DNA of 64,000 nucleotides from Nemertoderma westbladi (lineage: Eukaryota > Animalia > Xenacoelomorpha): positions 1 to 64,000 of the forward strand of contig JAUCBJ010006444.1 of the NCBI GenBank assembly GCA_032718475.1, in the 5' to 3' direction. The notes under the pieces are model-generated. The model saw nothing but the letters and a program-made list of their open reading frames with translations. It was not told where the DNA came from and did no database searches. Below, piece by piece: positions 38,689 to 51,344 of the stretch (within the stretch, counting starts at the first letter, position 1; every line of letters begins with the position of its first letter). A program made the translations under genes and the position numbers.

Positions 38689-39185
38689 CTAATCTATTAA
38701 TAAATTTTGTAAAATAGATAAGGATTCGGGGAATTCACCGGCAGGGCACATGGAAACGATTTTATTAGTATGAAATACACTGAAATATGCATGCCCTATA
38801 TATATTCTAATCGCGCAAAATAATTCGGGGGTATAGCTAATAAATATTGCTTTATTATTAATTGTATGATGTCCACAATTTTTCATTAATAATTTAAAAT
38901 TGATACTTGGAAAAATAATAGTTCGTGTTTCGGTATTAAGTTTCAAATAGTTTGTTTTAAATAAAGCAATTCACTATCTAAATTATTGCATAGGCCTACA
39001 ATTGTTACTGCGCCGCTGGGAAATAGCATTATAGTTAAATCATTACCTTTGTAGATAAACATGTTTGGCTTTAAGCAACTTTGACCTGTAATTTGCTGTG
39101 AAATTTTCTCTAGTTCAAATTTGTCAATGTTTTTTCTGGTAAACTGTTTATTGGTTAATTCTATTTTGTTGTTCAATTTCTTATT
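38689..39185 (-). pseudogene. Divergent TBP-fold protein (~165 aa, one frameshift at ~38945)
   Basis: Repeat 1 IELTNKQFTRKNIDKFELEKIS..TIMLFPSGAVTIVG compares with TBP [34 protein letters not shown]. Repeat 2 ISYTPELFCAIRIYI..FSVFHTNKIV compares with SSYEPELFPGLIYRM..LLIFVSGKVV. Confidence 0.7.
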
Positions 39186-39318
39186 CTAGAAAAATAAAAT
39201 TAAATCCTGATAGGGGGGATTACTACTCGTTTCGCCGGTCTAACAAGCTTAGTGCTATAGTGCCCGTATGGTTTGCTGCTATGTTTACTACTCCAGTATG
39301 ATTTCGTGTCCCAGAGCG

Positions 39319-42300
39319 TTAGTGCCTTCTTATAGACATGACCAGACCAGTATTAATTTGATGCTTTCTAGAAGTGAAGGTAGAGTTATAGCGGAAGAGC
39401 ATTGCCTCGTTTTCAAAACAGTCTGCATAATCCTCGTGTGTTAGTTGCTTAGAGACAACTGATCTAGATACACCTTTGGCGGTTTTCTTGATTGGGGCAT
39501 CGTAGGATTGAAAACTGTAGACCTTTGGTTTAAGGAAAACCCACTGTTTATACTGCAAACTGCAGCTCTCATCTTTTACGAAGCCGAGAGCCGCTTTGTG
39601 TTTAATTGTATAGAGTCGGTGTTTTGTACTGTAGTTGGAAGTATCTAAGAAACCACCCTCAAACATTGCCCGTAGAAAGGTTAGCTGTGGTGTATTAGTG
39701 ACGCTTAGCATTAGAGAATCGGTGTCACCAGCTAGACAGTGAATCTGGCAATCCAGTTTTTGTTCTATAGGCTTCAGTTTGTTGTAAAATAGGTCGTACA
39801 TCTGTAGCTTAGATAGATCTAGTATAGTGCAACCGATGAACACGCCCTGCCCTGATTTAGGCAAATGGCCTCTTTAGTGAATGTATGCACGCTCAAGTTA
39901 GGGGTGAAGACAATAAAAGATTCGTGGTTGGGCTTAGCTAAGAGCTAATCGCATTGATCATCACTATTGCATAACCTGAAAGAAACGCGATGTCTAACCT
40001 TTTGGAGGCATTTCCCATACAAGGCATTGTTTATTAACTTATAAAATATAACCTCGAATGGGTTATTTGCTGCCAGTGAATGTATGCCCGCTCATGTTAG
40101 GGGTAAAGGGTAAAGACAATAAAAGATTCTTGGTTGGGCTTAGCTAAGAGCAAATCGCATTGATCATCACTATTGCATGCATAACCTGAAAGAAACGCAA
40201 TCTCTAACCTTTTGGAGGCATTTCCCATACAAGGCATTGTTCATTAACTTATAAAATAGAACCTCGAATGGGTTATTTGCTGCCTGTCTTTTATTTGTGT
40301 TAAAACTAGTGTAATCCTTGAAAATATATTTCTGTGAGAAATAGAATAGTGTAAGTTTAAGACCGAGCTTCAAATAGAGTTGAAGTAGCTTAATATGGAT
40401 ACCGTATTCAACCTTGTTAAACTGATGTAGTAGTAGCTTAGTACAGGTGTTGTTGTATGGTTTACAGGTAGCCGTATCGGTGAGATTGTAATGCTCCCAA
40501 CGATCTTCCATGTATTTGCTAAGAAAGGATTTAGGGACTGACATCTTCGCCGCTCCTAGAGGCAGATCGGCAGTCAAATCGTGAATTTATTCCGGGTAAT
40601 ATAGATCAACTATGCAATAATAACCAGTGTCCCCACTCGCGTCTACTGTAGCTAGGTCTATGGGGGTAGTTACGAGTTTAATATTAGCGTAGGGAAGTTT
40701 CTAGCTCAGCGTGCAGCCGTAAAGGTTGTTCGCATTGATGGGAATTAGATATTTCTCGGGGAGACTGGAATCGTAGTCGGGTCTATCGGGAATATTTGCG
40801 TCTACGCAATGTGTATTCAAGAATACTAGACCACCCCTAATATTTCTTTCAAAATCCGAGTAGATGGAAGCGTCTGATAATAAATGAATTTCTGATTCCA
40901 TGAATTTCAGCGCCGCGTTGTAAGTTAAACTCGGAGCTGTGAAGTACATTACGGGCTCGAGTCCATAATTAGTTAGACAGAGGGATCGGAACTACTCGAA
41001 AGTATCAGCCAATAGGGTAACGTCTAGAACCAAATAGCCAATCATATAGTCGAAGATTGATGCACAGTTAAATTCATCCCAAGTAGTAAGCAGGCGCTGA
41101 TAGTTGTCTGCGCTGCATTGCTCCAATTTGAGATCATTATAGAAGCTTTCTATTGAGGGGAGTGTGGGAGTGTAGTTTTGTGTAGGTTTGAAATATTTTG
41201 AATATAAGAATATGGGAATATGCCTTTGTTTTTTATTGTGTTATCGCTAATGTTGGATAGAGTTAGGTCATTTGAGCTAGTGTATGGGGTATGGCTTTTG
41301 CTAGGTTACAATTATTTTTAGTGAGATAACTACTGAGATTATCTAGGCTGGCAGTCATAAATTGATAGGAATCTAGAAAATTAATGGAGATACTTTCTTT
41401 AGCATTGGCTGTTGGTGTACTTGGATCGATTGGAAAGCTAACATTAAGGTGAATATAGGTTTTGGAGTTTTTTGGTATTGCAGTCATTTTCCAATATGTT
41501 CTAGAACTATCGGTCATTCCTTCTTTTTAACTGTAAATGCATATCGAATTTTCTCCAGTTATAAAAAATAATATAAAAATTATTTCGTTTTAGTGATAGT
41601 TTCCTGTTACAGCTAATGCAAGAAGCCCCTCCATACTCCCTGCTATAATGGTCATGATCGCGGACTTTGGTACTGAGATTTTCATTGAGGTTTAAATTAT
41701 GAGAATTGGGTGCTAAATTACAGTTGCAGACGTAGCATTGTGTAGCGTGTAGTTTGTTGGCTAGTAGTGAATTGCATAGGGGCGTATGTGTTTGTACTAG
41801 AAATGGACCAATCGTATAACTCCCTACAATGACTTTCCATAGCGGTTAGAAAGTCGCGCATTACATGGTTACTGCCATCGTCACGGCAAATTTGAACATC
41901 TGTTTTAGGAGGGTTAATTAATTTCTGATTTGCTACTGTATAAAAGGCTGCCGCGCTAGCTATATGTTTCTGTGGGAGTTTAATATTGTTTGTAGGTTCT
42001 AGAATAGTTTCAATGTCGGCGTATATACAGAAAGGTGGGGATAGAGTCTTATCGGAACGATCAAATTTTACCAGGAGATTTTCGGGCATATACTCGAGCT
42101 GCCGTTTACCTGTATAGCAGCGTTCTCGATGTTCTTCTAATGAGTTGTCAGTATAAAAGGCTCTGAGTCAGCGTTCACAGTGCGTCTTATTGCCTGTAGA
42201 AGTAGCTTTTGTATTTATTAATCTATCTATGTTAGTAATAGCTACGTAGTGGGTGGGGTTTTTGGCTGTGGGTTCGATAAATAATAAATTTAGTACAGTT

Positions 42301-43478
42301 TTACCGGAACAGTGCGTGCTATCTGGTTGACTTAGAATGGACAGTTCTTCTGTATTACTCCAATATAAAAGTATACATAAAAGTATATATACAGTATAAA
42401 GGGTTTGCTTTCAGAAACTGGGGAATACCAGTTACTCTGTCCACTGGAAAACTTAAATTGGAAAAATCAAACATATTTAAGAAAGGATTATACGTTGATA
42501 TTCTACTAATATTATTTTTTTTTCTATCAATTTTCTTATAATTCGCGGCGACCAATACTGCGTATTTAAAGCATTCCCCCAGCGGACAGTCTACGCTTAC
42601 GGTACATTGTTTATTTAATAATATTTTAGAATTATTAAAGCCTTGACCCTTTAAATAGTGGTTGCGTTGGGAGCACGCAATCTCAATAGTTATTCGCTCG
42701 ATAGCTATTATGCGCCAACCCGAGCAGAGGCAGAGAAACACACTTAATAGCTGATCGATACGGTTGACGGCGCCAGAAACCAGTTATTAAAGTCGTTATT
42801 ATTTAGAATTTGATTATTGTTAGCGCTAGATTTAAAACAGAAGGATTCGATTTGAAAACCCTCACTGGTTTCACGTTCCATTACGAGGTTAATTGTAAGC
42901 CAGACTGTTAAAAAAGATCCCAAAGCAGTATGTAAATGGTTACTAACATGTTCTTGGATATGTTGAACATTTTCATTTAAAGTTAGTTCAACGTCGAGTC
43001 TTGTTTCGGAGAGTTCATTGCTATATGTAAACAGTTGTCCGTGTGCGCTTCCATTGGTGGGGGGTTGAAAGGGATTGTTTGGGGAAATAGGGTTATAATC
43101 TTGCGATGTTGATGTTACGTTATTGGAGCCACCACCGACTTGTTCCGGAGTAGAGTTGATGGGGGATGACTGGGAGTTAGCTGGAGTTTTGCGTTTCCAC
43201 AAAAAAAGACGAGTGTAGCATTCATGCTCAGTGAAGGAAGATAGGGTGAGCGACTCCCCGCAGCGGCAATCGGCTGGCTCATTTACGTATGTAAATCCTG
43301 TTCCTCCCTGAGGACATTAAACCAGATGGCCAACCATTGTCTTCTTTTCGGAGGACCAAGTCCGGCAACAGTCACATCTGTACTGCGCAAAATGTATTTT
43401 GATATGGGATTTTAGATTATCACTCCGCATCTCTTTGTCGCAGATGGGGCAGCTGACCTTATTCGTTGATCTTGGCAT
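39319..43478 (-). pseudogene. polB: Protein-primed family B DNA polymerase with N-terminal C2H2 finger and endonuclease VII-like insert; many disruptions
   Basis: CPICDKEMRSDNLKSHIKIH; exo I PFCIYADIETIL; KVRDHDH..CISCN; FLDSYQFMTASLDNL; YFTAPSL; RGG; NANNLYG; KLMNNALYGK; AGDTDS; LGFVKDE; LKPKVYS; KKTAKGV. Confidence 0.92.
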
Positions 43479-44414
43479 CTTGAAACTAGAAATAAAAATT
43501 GTTTATTTGTAGCAGTCAACAGTGTCTAGTGTAGTACTGCTAGTATGACAGCAGTTAGGCAGTGGTGATAAGCATGACACAATAGTGATGGCAGTTATTA
43601 TTTGCGGAAAGAGGCCTTATAAACAGCAGTCAACAGACAGTGTCTAGTGCAGTAGTGGTAGTGATATAGTCTGCCAGAAGTCAGACGTAGCGTTAACCAT
43701 TACAAATCAGCGGTAGGCCTAGCTAATCGCTCTGCGAGATCTCAGTTAGTCAGTAGGATATATAGTGAAAACTGCTCAGTAGGGTCTATATCGCTACTAT
43801 GTCGTTAGGCTAAACTCGATTGATCAGGTAGTCAGGTAGACAAGCAGGCAGGTAGATGTAGGCCTATTGATCGAATGCTTCGATCGCAGTTTAGGCTATC
43901 GGTACCACAGTATTTAATGACAGTATTTAATAATGAGCCTACTGCCCATCGGTTTAGTAAAACTATAGATTTGGACTATTAGGGCTATTTTACCGGGGTA
44001 TACTGCAATACTGTTGTACCGGTAGATATTAAATGTAAATTGTTTGCTAGCGGTATCGGTCAGTCAGAAGTACAGTTAGATGGTGATAGGCAGATTTTAC
44101 TTATGGTAACAGTTAATATTCATGGAAAGATGAAGTTGGGATGTTCGTTGGCGACGAGGAAGTTGGTTGACGAGGATGGCGACGGAGTTTATTTAGTGTT
44201 ATAATGGAATGATATTGGAAATTAACGGAAATTAAGTTGGAAATATTACGCGGCGGATTTGCAGAAGTTAGTTGTCGACGATGAACGATAACGCGGCGAA
44301 ATCACAATAATACAACTCGACAAGTGGATTGTTGATTGATGATAATAAATAAAACTCTTAATAAATAATAATAAACTCGAAAACAAAATAGTAATAAACG
44401 ATGATAGTCGTAAC

Positions 44415-47400
44415 TGTGAATAATCTACTGTATGGATCAAATACGAGATACTGTACTACTAGGAACCGACCCTATTGACTGAAGTTATACGCGAGATACT
44501 GTACTGATGTTGTACCGGTACTGGTTGAGGGTGTTGAGTATGTAGTATGCTATAGTAGAAGGATCCGTACCTCAGCATAGCACTGTCTGACTGCCTATAT
44601 AACTATACTGCAATATACTGATATACGTATTATATGATATACGATCATCTTATTATATTAACATGGTACAGGCTAATCTGGGACATAATTAAAAATTATC
44701 TGCTATAATACATTGCTAGTGTTGAGAGTTAAAGGTTCACTTCCGTTTGGCGATCCGGTATACAATGACGACACGGTACCGACCAGCCCCAACACTGCAC
44801 GATGATACTGACTACAGAATATGGAAGAATAAAGTAAAACTGTGGCAGTTCACATCGGAAGATTCCGCAGCTAAGCAGGGTGCAGAACTTGCAAACGCAA
44901 TAAAGGGTAAAGCGGAAGTTCCAGTCAGTGATATGCCATTTGAGGAAGTTGCCTGTGTCAACGGAGTTGAAAACATCATAAAGAAACTCGATGAATACTT
45001 TGAGGCAGACAATTCCCTGCAGGCCTTCACAGCCTACCGCACATTTGTACGTTACTATCGGCCATCAGATTGTTCTATGCGAGATTTCCTTATGAAATAC
45101 GAGAAAAATTACAATGACTGCAAAAGACATGGAATGCCATTACCTGAAGAAGTACAAGCTTTCCAACTACTCGAATCTGCTAATCTTCCACACAGTGATC
45201 ACCAACTTGCCTTGGCCACTTGTACTGTAATAAAATTCAAAGATATGAAGTCCCAGATCTTAAAGATCCACAAAGACCTCACTGAGGCCTTGCCTGCGAC
45301 TAATGAACAACCAATAATTCCCCGCGACTCTGCTAAAATCAAAATAGAATTTAAAACCGAGGAAGCACTTGCTGCGGCCGAGTATTACTCTTCCAGTTAT
45401 TCTTCCGACTCTGAAACAGAAGAAGCATATTACGGCGGAAGGCAATATAACCGTTTCCATCGACCAAACCAATCCAACTATTCACGGAAACACAGCAAAT
45501 CTGGCAAACATTCATATAAACCGCATTATAAACAACGCCCCATGGATTCTGGTTATTATTACAACAAACCACACATCCACGAATCTACATCGGCTTCGAG
45601 GCACCAACGCAACCCCCCCGGCCGTGATGGTCGGCCTATGAAGTGCCATATCTGTGAATCAATTTATCACCTCTCCAATAATTGTGACCTAAATAAACCA
45701 GCTACAAAAATTACATTATTCACAGATGACGACACAATTTCTCAGTCTAGTCTGTCTTCCTTGCGGAAACTCTCGGAATGGCTGTAGTCGATAGTGGCTG
45801 TACTTCTACAGTCTGTGGTGAAAAATGGTTACAGGTTCACATTGATACACTTTCCTGTGCAGACAGGCGTCCTATCAAAATTAATGATAGCACTGCTTCA
45901 TTTAAGTTAGGAGACGGAGAACGATGGCACTCACTTAGACTAGTCACTATTCCTATCCACATTGGACCCCGGAAAGTTTTCCTGGAAACTGATGTTGTTC
46001 AATGTAATGTGCCTCTTTTGTTTTCTAAAAGGTCTCTCAAGAATGGTTGTGGCAAATAAACTTTGAGCATGATGAAATCCACATTCTTGGTATGATACTT
46101 CCCCTGCAAGTGTCAACAACGGGACACTACTGTCTTCAACTGTCACGTTCTGGAAACAATGAAGCTGATACTACCAACCGAGTACTATTCTCAAATCTGC
46201 TTAATGGTAGGGATGAAGTTGACCTAAAGCGCACTATAATTAAACTACATAAACAATTTGCACATCCTTCCCCTGAAAAGTTGGAAAAGCTCATTAAAGA
46301 TGCTGCTGACAATCTACAGACAGCAAGTATTATCCAGAAAGTAAGCCAACAATGCAATATTTGTAAAATTTTCAAGAAACCTCCACACCACCCTACAGTT
46401 TGTTTCCCTCTTGCAAATTCATTTAACGAAGTAGTCGCCATGGATCTCAAAGACATCCAACCAGGCACCAAAGTATTACATGTGATTGATCATGCAACCC
46501 GCTACTCACAAGCTGTAGTCATACAAAACAAGAAAAAGGAGACCATAATTAAACATATATTTGACCTCTGGATTCGTGTCTTTGGACATCCTGGAAAATT
46601 CTTATCTGACAATGGTGGTGAATTTTCTAACAGAGACATGCAGGATCTTTGCGAAAAGTTTAATATCAAACTCTGTACTACCGCTGCCGAATCACAGTGG
46701 TCAAATGGACTCATAGAACGTCACAAGGCTACTCTAGGCTGCACTGTAAATAAAATGTTAGCCGAACAACCGATGGATATCCACATCGCTGTACACTGGG
46801 CCTGCAGTGCTAAGAATGCCCTTAGTACTGTATATGGATTCTCACCTAATATCCTGGTATTTGGGCGGAACCCAAACTATCCTAACAACTTCGACAATAG
46901 ACTTCCAGCCAATCAAACGGAATTCCACAGCAAATTGGTACAAGAAAATCTCACTGCACTGCATAGCGCACGCGAGGCATTCATTCAACAAGAGGCTAGC
47001 GAGAGATTGAGGCGGGCAATTTGTAGACAAACAATAACATATGCTGATCAACAATTTAGCATAGGGGACGAAATCTACTATAAGAGAGATTACAGCGCTC
47101 AATGGCAGGGTCCAGCCAGAATCCTTGGCTGCGATAATAAACAAATACTTATCAAACACGGCGGTTCATACCTTCGCCTGCATCCATGCCGCCTTATGCA
47201 TGTCAGTGATGATCCATATCAACAGTTACCAGATAACAATGCACCAATGGAAAGACTTATTTCAACTCAACAAGAGACTGCCAATGAACTATCAGAAGAA
47301 GTCGAAACTGTACCAGACAATCCAGATTTCCAGCAAATACACATGCCAAATGAACAAGATGTAGTAGAACAGATAAACACGGATTTAAATATGCCAAATG

Positions 47401-49550
47401 AACAAGTATTGGTAGAACCTGACAACATTGCCCAAGATCCTCAACAGGCAAACAAGAAAACACATAAAGTTCCAAATCGAGATGAGCGAATTGAATTTAA
47501 ACTTTACAATGACAATCAATTACATAAAGCAAAAGTCATTAGCCGCGCAGGAAAAATGACAGGCAAACACTGGCATTGGATTAATATTAGGGAAGATGGT
47601 GAGGATAATGACAAAAGTATAAGTATAAAAGACCATATAGAGAACTGGCAACCTGAAACTAATATCATGGATGAAACCAACCAGAACATAGAAGCCATGT
47701 TCACTGAAGATGTGTTTAAGGATCCAAAATATGATGAAGCCAAACAGGATGAGCTGGAAAAATGGCGTCAAATGGAAACCTTTGATGAGGTCACTGACAG
47801 GGGACAACATGCCATCTCAACACGCTGGGTCTGTCGAGAACAACTGAAAGCCGGAATATTAATTGCTAAAGCGCGTCTATGCGCCAGGGGTTTTGAGGAT
47901 GATCCAAATATACAAACGGATTCACCAACTTGCAGCAAGGAGAATATTCGCATAGTGCTATCCATAGCAGCCTCAAACAAATGGATAATACATAGTATTG
48001 ATATCCGAAGCGCTTATCTTCAGGGTCAGGCACCAAACCGAGAAATATTTCTCAAACCACCAAGGGAGGCTAATACAAATAAACTATGGCTTCTCAGACG
48101 ATGTGTCTATGGATTGAATGAAGCTGGGCGACGATGGTACTTTCGTCTCAAGGAAGTTTTCTGTGAATGCAAGTGCCAAATGTCATCATTGGATCCGGCA
48201 GTTTTTTACCTCATTGTCAATCAAGAACTACAGGGCATCGCGACAACCCATGTTGATGATATACTATACTATGGCACTAAAAGGTTCGAAGGTGTCATAC
48301 AGGAACTAAAAACTGAGCTTCAAGTTAGCACTGAAGAAAGTATGAAATTCAACTATGTCGGCATCAAAATATCAGGAATCTACAAATAAGATACAAATCG
48401 ACCTAAACAACTATACCCACAAAATACAACCAATTGAACTAAAAGCCAACCGTGATAAGAATTGGGCATTGACGGATGACGAAAGGAGCAGTCTTCGTGT
48501 TCTCTGCGGCCAGCTGAACTGGGCTGCTACCCAAGGTCGACCTGACATAGCATTTGAGTCCTGCCACCTATCCAGTTGCTCCAACTGTTGCTGATGTACG
48601 ATTAGCCAACAAAACAGTGAAGAAAATCCAACAATTACCAGTGGAGATACCATACCGAAACCTTGGGAAACCACAAACCTGGAATGTTGTCATTTATTCA
48701 GGTGCTAGCTGGGCCAATTTGCCTAGTGGTGGGTCACAAGGGGCTTTTGTCATATTCATTGTGGGACACAATGGAAGTGCAAATGTAATTCAGTGGCAGA
48801 GTAAACGTCTCCGCAGAGTAGCTAAAAGCACACTAGCCACAGAGACAATGGCAGCTTTAGAAGCAGCTGAAGCAGCTGTTCTACTAGCATCTTTCATCGC
48901 CGAAATTCACCAAATCCCACGTCCCCCTATACATCTCCTAGTGGATAATGAGAGTCTCGCAAATGCTGTTCGCTCAACAACCTCTGTGGAAGAACGACGT
49001 CTCCGTGTTGACATTGCTGCTCTACGCGAGATGCTTGAGAGGAAGGAGCTCGCATAATTAACATGGGTGCCGGCCAGGCTCCAAATGGCAGATTGTCTCA
49101 CCAAACAAGGCACCAGCCCTTATAGACTCATGGACGCAATTCAGGGCCAAGACTTTGAGATGACAACTCTTACCTTCATAAACACAAAGACAGAGGATGG
49201 GAAGTGTTGAATATCATATACTGTATTACACATGCTGAATATCCCACTTTATACTGTTATACATATCCCTATTTGTCAAAGAAATAACAGAAAAGGGGGA
49301 GTGTGAATAATCTACTGTATGGATCAAATATGAGATACTGTACGACTAGGAACCGACCCTATTGACTGAAGTTATACGCGAGATACTGTACTGATGTTGT
49401 ACCGGTACTGGTTGAGGGTGTTGAGTATGTAGTATGCTATAGTAGAAGGATCCGTACCTCAGCATAGCACTGTCTGACTGCCTATATAACTATACTGCAA
49501 TATACTGATATACGTATTATATGATATACGATCATCTTATTATATTAACA
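44415..49550 (+). mobile_element. Full-length Ty1/Copia (GalEa-like) LTR retrotransposon inserted in the Polinton
   Basis: 249-bp LTRs (TG..CA) at 44415-44663 and 49302-49550 with 2 mismatches; GTAAC TSD at 44410-44414 and 49551-49555; PBS-like TGGTAC at 44664; PPT AGAAAAGGGGGAG. Confidence 0.96.
44765..49180 (+). pseudogene. Copia gag-pol (gag, PR, IN, RT, RH), disrupted
   Basis: CHICESIYHLSNNC knuckle; VDSGCT protease; LHKQFAH..CNIC, SDNGGEF and SNGLIERH integrase; KARLCARGFE, VYGLNEA and THVDD RT; ADCLTK RNase H. About four frameshifts and a stop. Confidence 0.93.
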
Positions 49551-49840
49551 GTAACTTGCAAATGAAATAATGATGTAATATCTTGGTGGGGGCTTATTAA
49601 ATAGCAACTCAAGAGGCAGAAAGGAACTCTTAAATGAGACAATCAGGGCGCAGCAGCAGATATGGCTCCACGTTAATTATGCATTTGTGCATAAGCGGTA
49701 ACCAGGGCGACTTCTCGCGAAGTTAACTTTATATTTAACTTTATATAAGTTAACTGTGTATATAATACGAGATGCCTGGATACAGCAAAGGGACCAAGCA
49801 ATGCCGGCTATAGTATCGTCGGAGGAGGGCCGTTGGAACA

Positions 49841-50212
49841 TTAATGAAATACCCTTGGGCTATATACAGATTTGATGTAGTCAAGGCTGCGCTGGGTTAT
49901 TAGTGAGTCATCAAAGGGGTCGCTAACTGATGGGACCACTGATTTATTTGCCTTGGGGTATACGTGTAGTGTGGATTCGTTGCAATAGAGATCGCGTTGG
50001 ATTGCTAGTGAGGCATTGAAGGGTCCACTGCGTATTGGTAATGGTTGTCTCATTGAAATGTGGCACGTGGGAGCGATTACAAAGGAGGGGGGGTGTCGCC
50101 AATGAGTGTAGTTGATGGTTGGCTCACTGTAAATGCGGCATGTGGGATGCAATAGAGTAATTAGTTGCCAGTAAGGAAGGGAGCTGTATACCATAGAGCT
50201 AAATATAGACAT
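49841..50212 (-). CDS. Orphan 123-aa ORF at the Polinton terminus
   Basis: ATG-initiated ORF in the same orientation as pPolB, with an internal repeat PFNASLAIQRDLY / PFDDSLITQRSLDY. No family recognised. Confidence 0.35.
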   Translation of the reverse strand: MSIFSSMVYSSLPYWQLITLLHPTCRIYSEPTINYTHWRHPPSFVIAPTCHISMRQPLPIRSGPFNASLAIQRDLYCNESTLHVYPKANKSVVPSVSDPFDDSLITQRSLDYIKSVYSPRVFH

Positions 50213-50411
50213 TATGTCATAGTGATGTCATTTAGCAATGGTAAGTAGTATAAAAACTAATTAAAATTAAAATAGAAATCAATGTATAAAGTAAAAGTAA
50301 TACAATTGATTAATTTAAAATTAAATACAAATAAATAAAGTAAAATTAAATACAAATAATTAATTAAAATTAAATACAAATAAATAAGTATTAATAAATA
50401 AAAGAGCCGCA

Positions 50412-50722
50412 GTGTCACTTATGACACCCTCTTGGCCCTCTCGGCGACAGTTGGACCTCACTGACATCATTGCGTATCGGATTGATTAATTAGGATAATA
50501 AATTAAACCCTAAATTAGGAGTCGTAAGACACCTATTAGGGTTTAATTGTACTAATTAATTGATGACACCTGTCAATTATGGTCTAATTAGCCTAATTAG
50601 GAGGTTCACCCAGACAGTCTGGCGTCAATGACACCCGTAGGGTGACATTGGGTGTCAACCACACAGTCTGGCGCCAGTCAGTTAGGTCCAACTGTCGCCG
50701 AGCCGGCCAAGCCTATACTACT
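50412..50722 (-). repeat. Polinton terminal (TIR) region with fold-back structure
   Basis: 50431-50465 is the reverse complement of 50677-50711 (32/35 matches), with several internal palindromes. Ends ACTACT at 50722. Confidence 0.7.
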
Positions 50723-51344
50723 AACCTGCATAAACTGAAAGTCTTCGAAAACAGTTTGTAATTTCCATTTCCCAGGTGGTAAATTGTAGAATTATTAATT
50801 TTCATCAGTTAACTTCCAGCAGCCGATATATAGCAGTTAATTAATGTCCACCAATCCAACTCCAATTCATTTAATCCGTGTAACATTTCTGGTTGTCGGT
50901 TGAACAAAACGCAAAAAAAAGGAAGAGAAAGCCATCAATTTATTGATTAATACAATCTTTCACAAACTTGACATGACTCTACTAAATTTGTCTTAATACA
51001 AAGAAATAAATTCCGGTGTTTAATGGAATTATAATGGTATCAGTTTAGCTCGTTTAATAGCGTTAGTTTGCAATCGGTATATCGGATGGTGGGGACTTTC
51101 GACGCAATAAAACTTCATTCCTCTCCAGGGGAAATTCGACGCAAATAACAGCTGATTACTCCCAAAAATTAAACTGTTGGTTAGAATAACGTACCACTGT
51201 AACCTGCTCATTTCCCCAAATTAAGGATTTAACATGGAGACGTGATATTAATAATTAGCCGACGACAATCACCTGCCCTGGCCCTTTGCGATTTTATCAT
51301 ATGTTTTTCGAATTTTTATTTTTCGACTTTTTTCCCCATTATAG

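Larger units (their letters stand above)
38385..50722 (-). mobile_element. Polinton/Maverick remnant (one terminus, orphan ORF, pPolB, TBP-like gene); other arm not present
   Basis: Minus strand begins AGTAGT at 50722, the canonical Polinton terminus. Protein-primed PolB present. No integrase, ATPase, protease or capsid genes visible; the left side abuts the putative BEL LTR. Confidence 0.8.
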
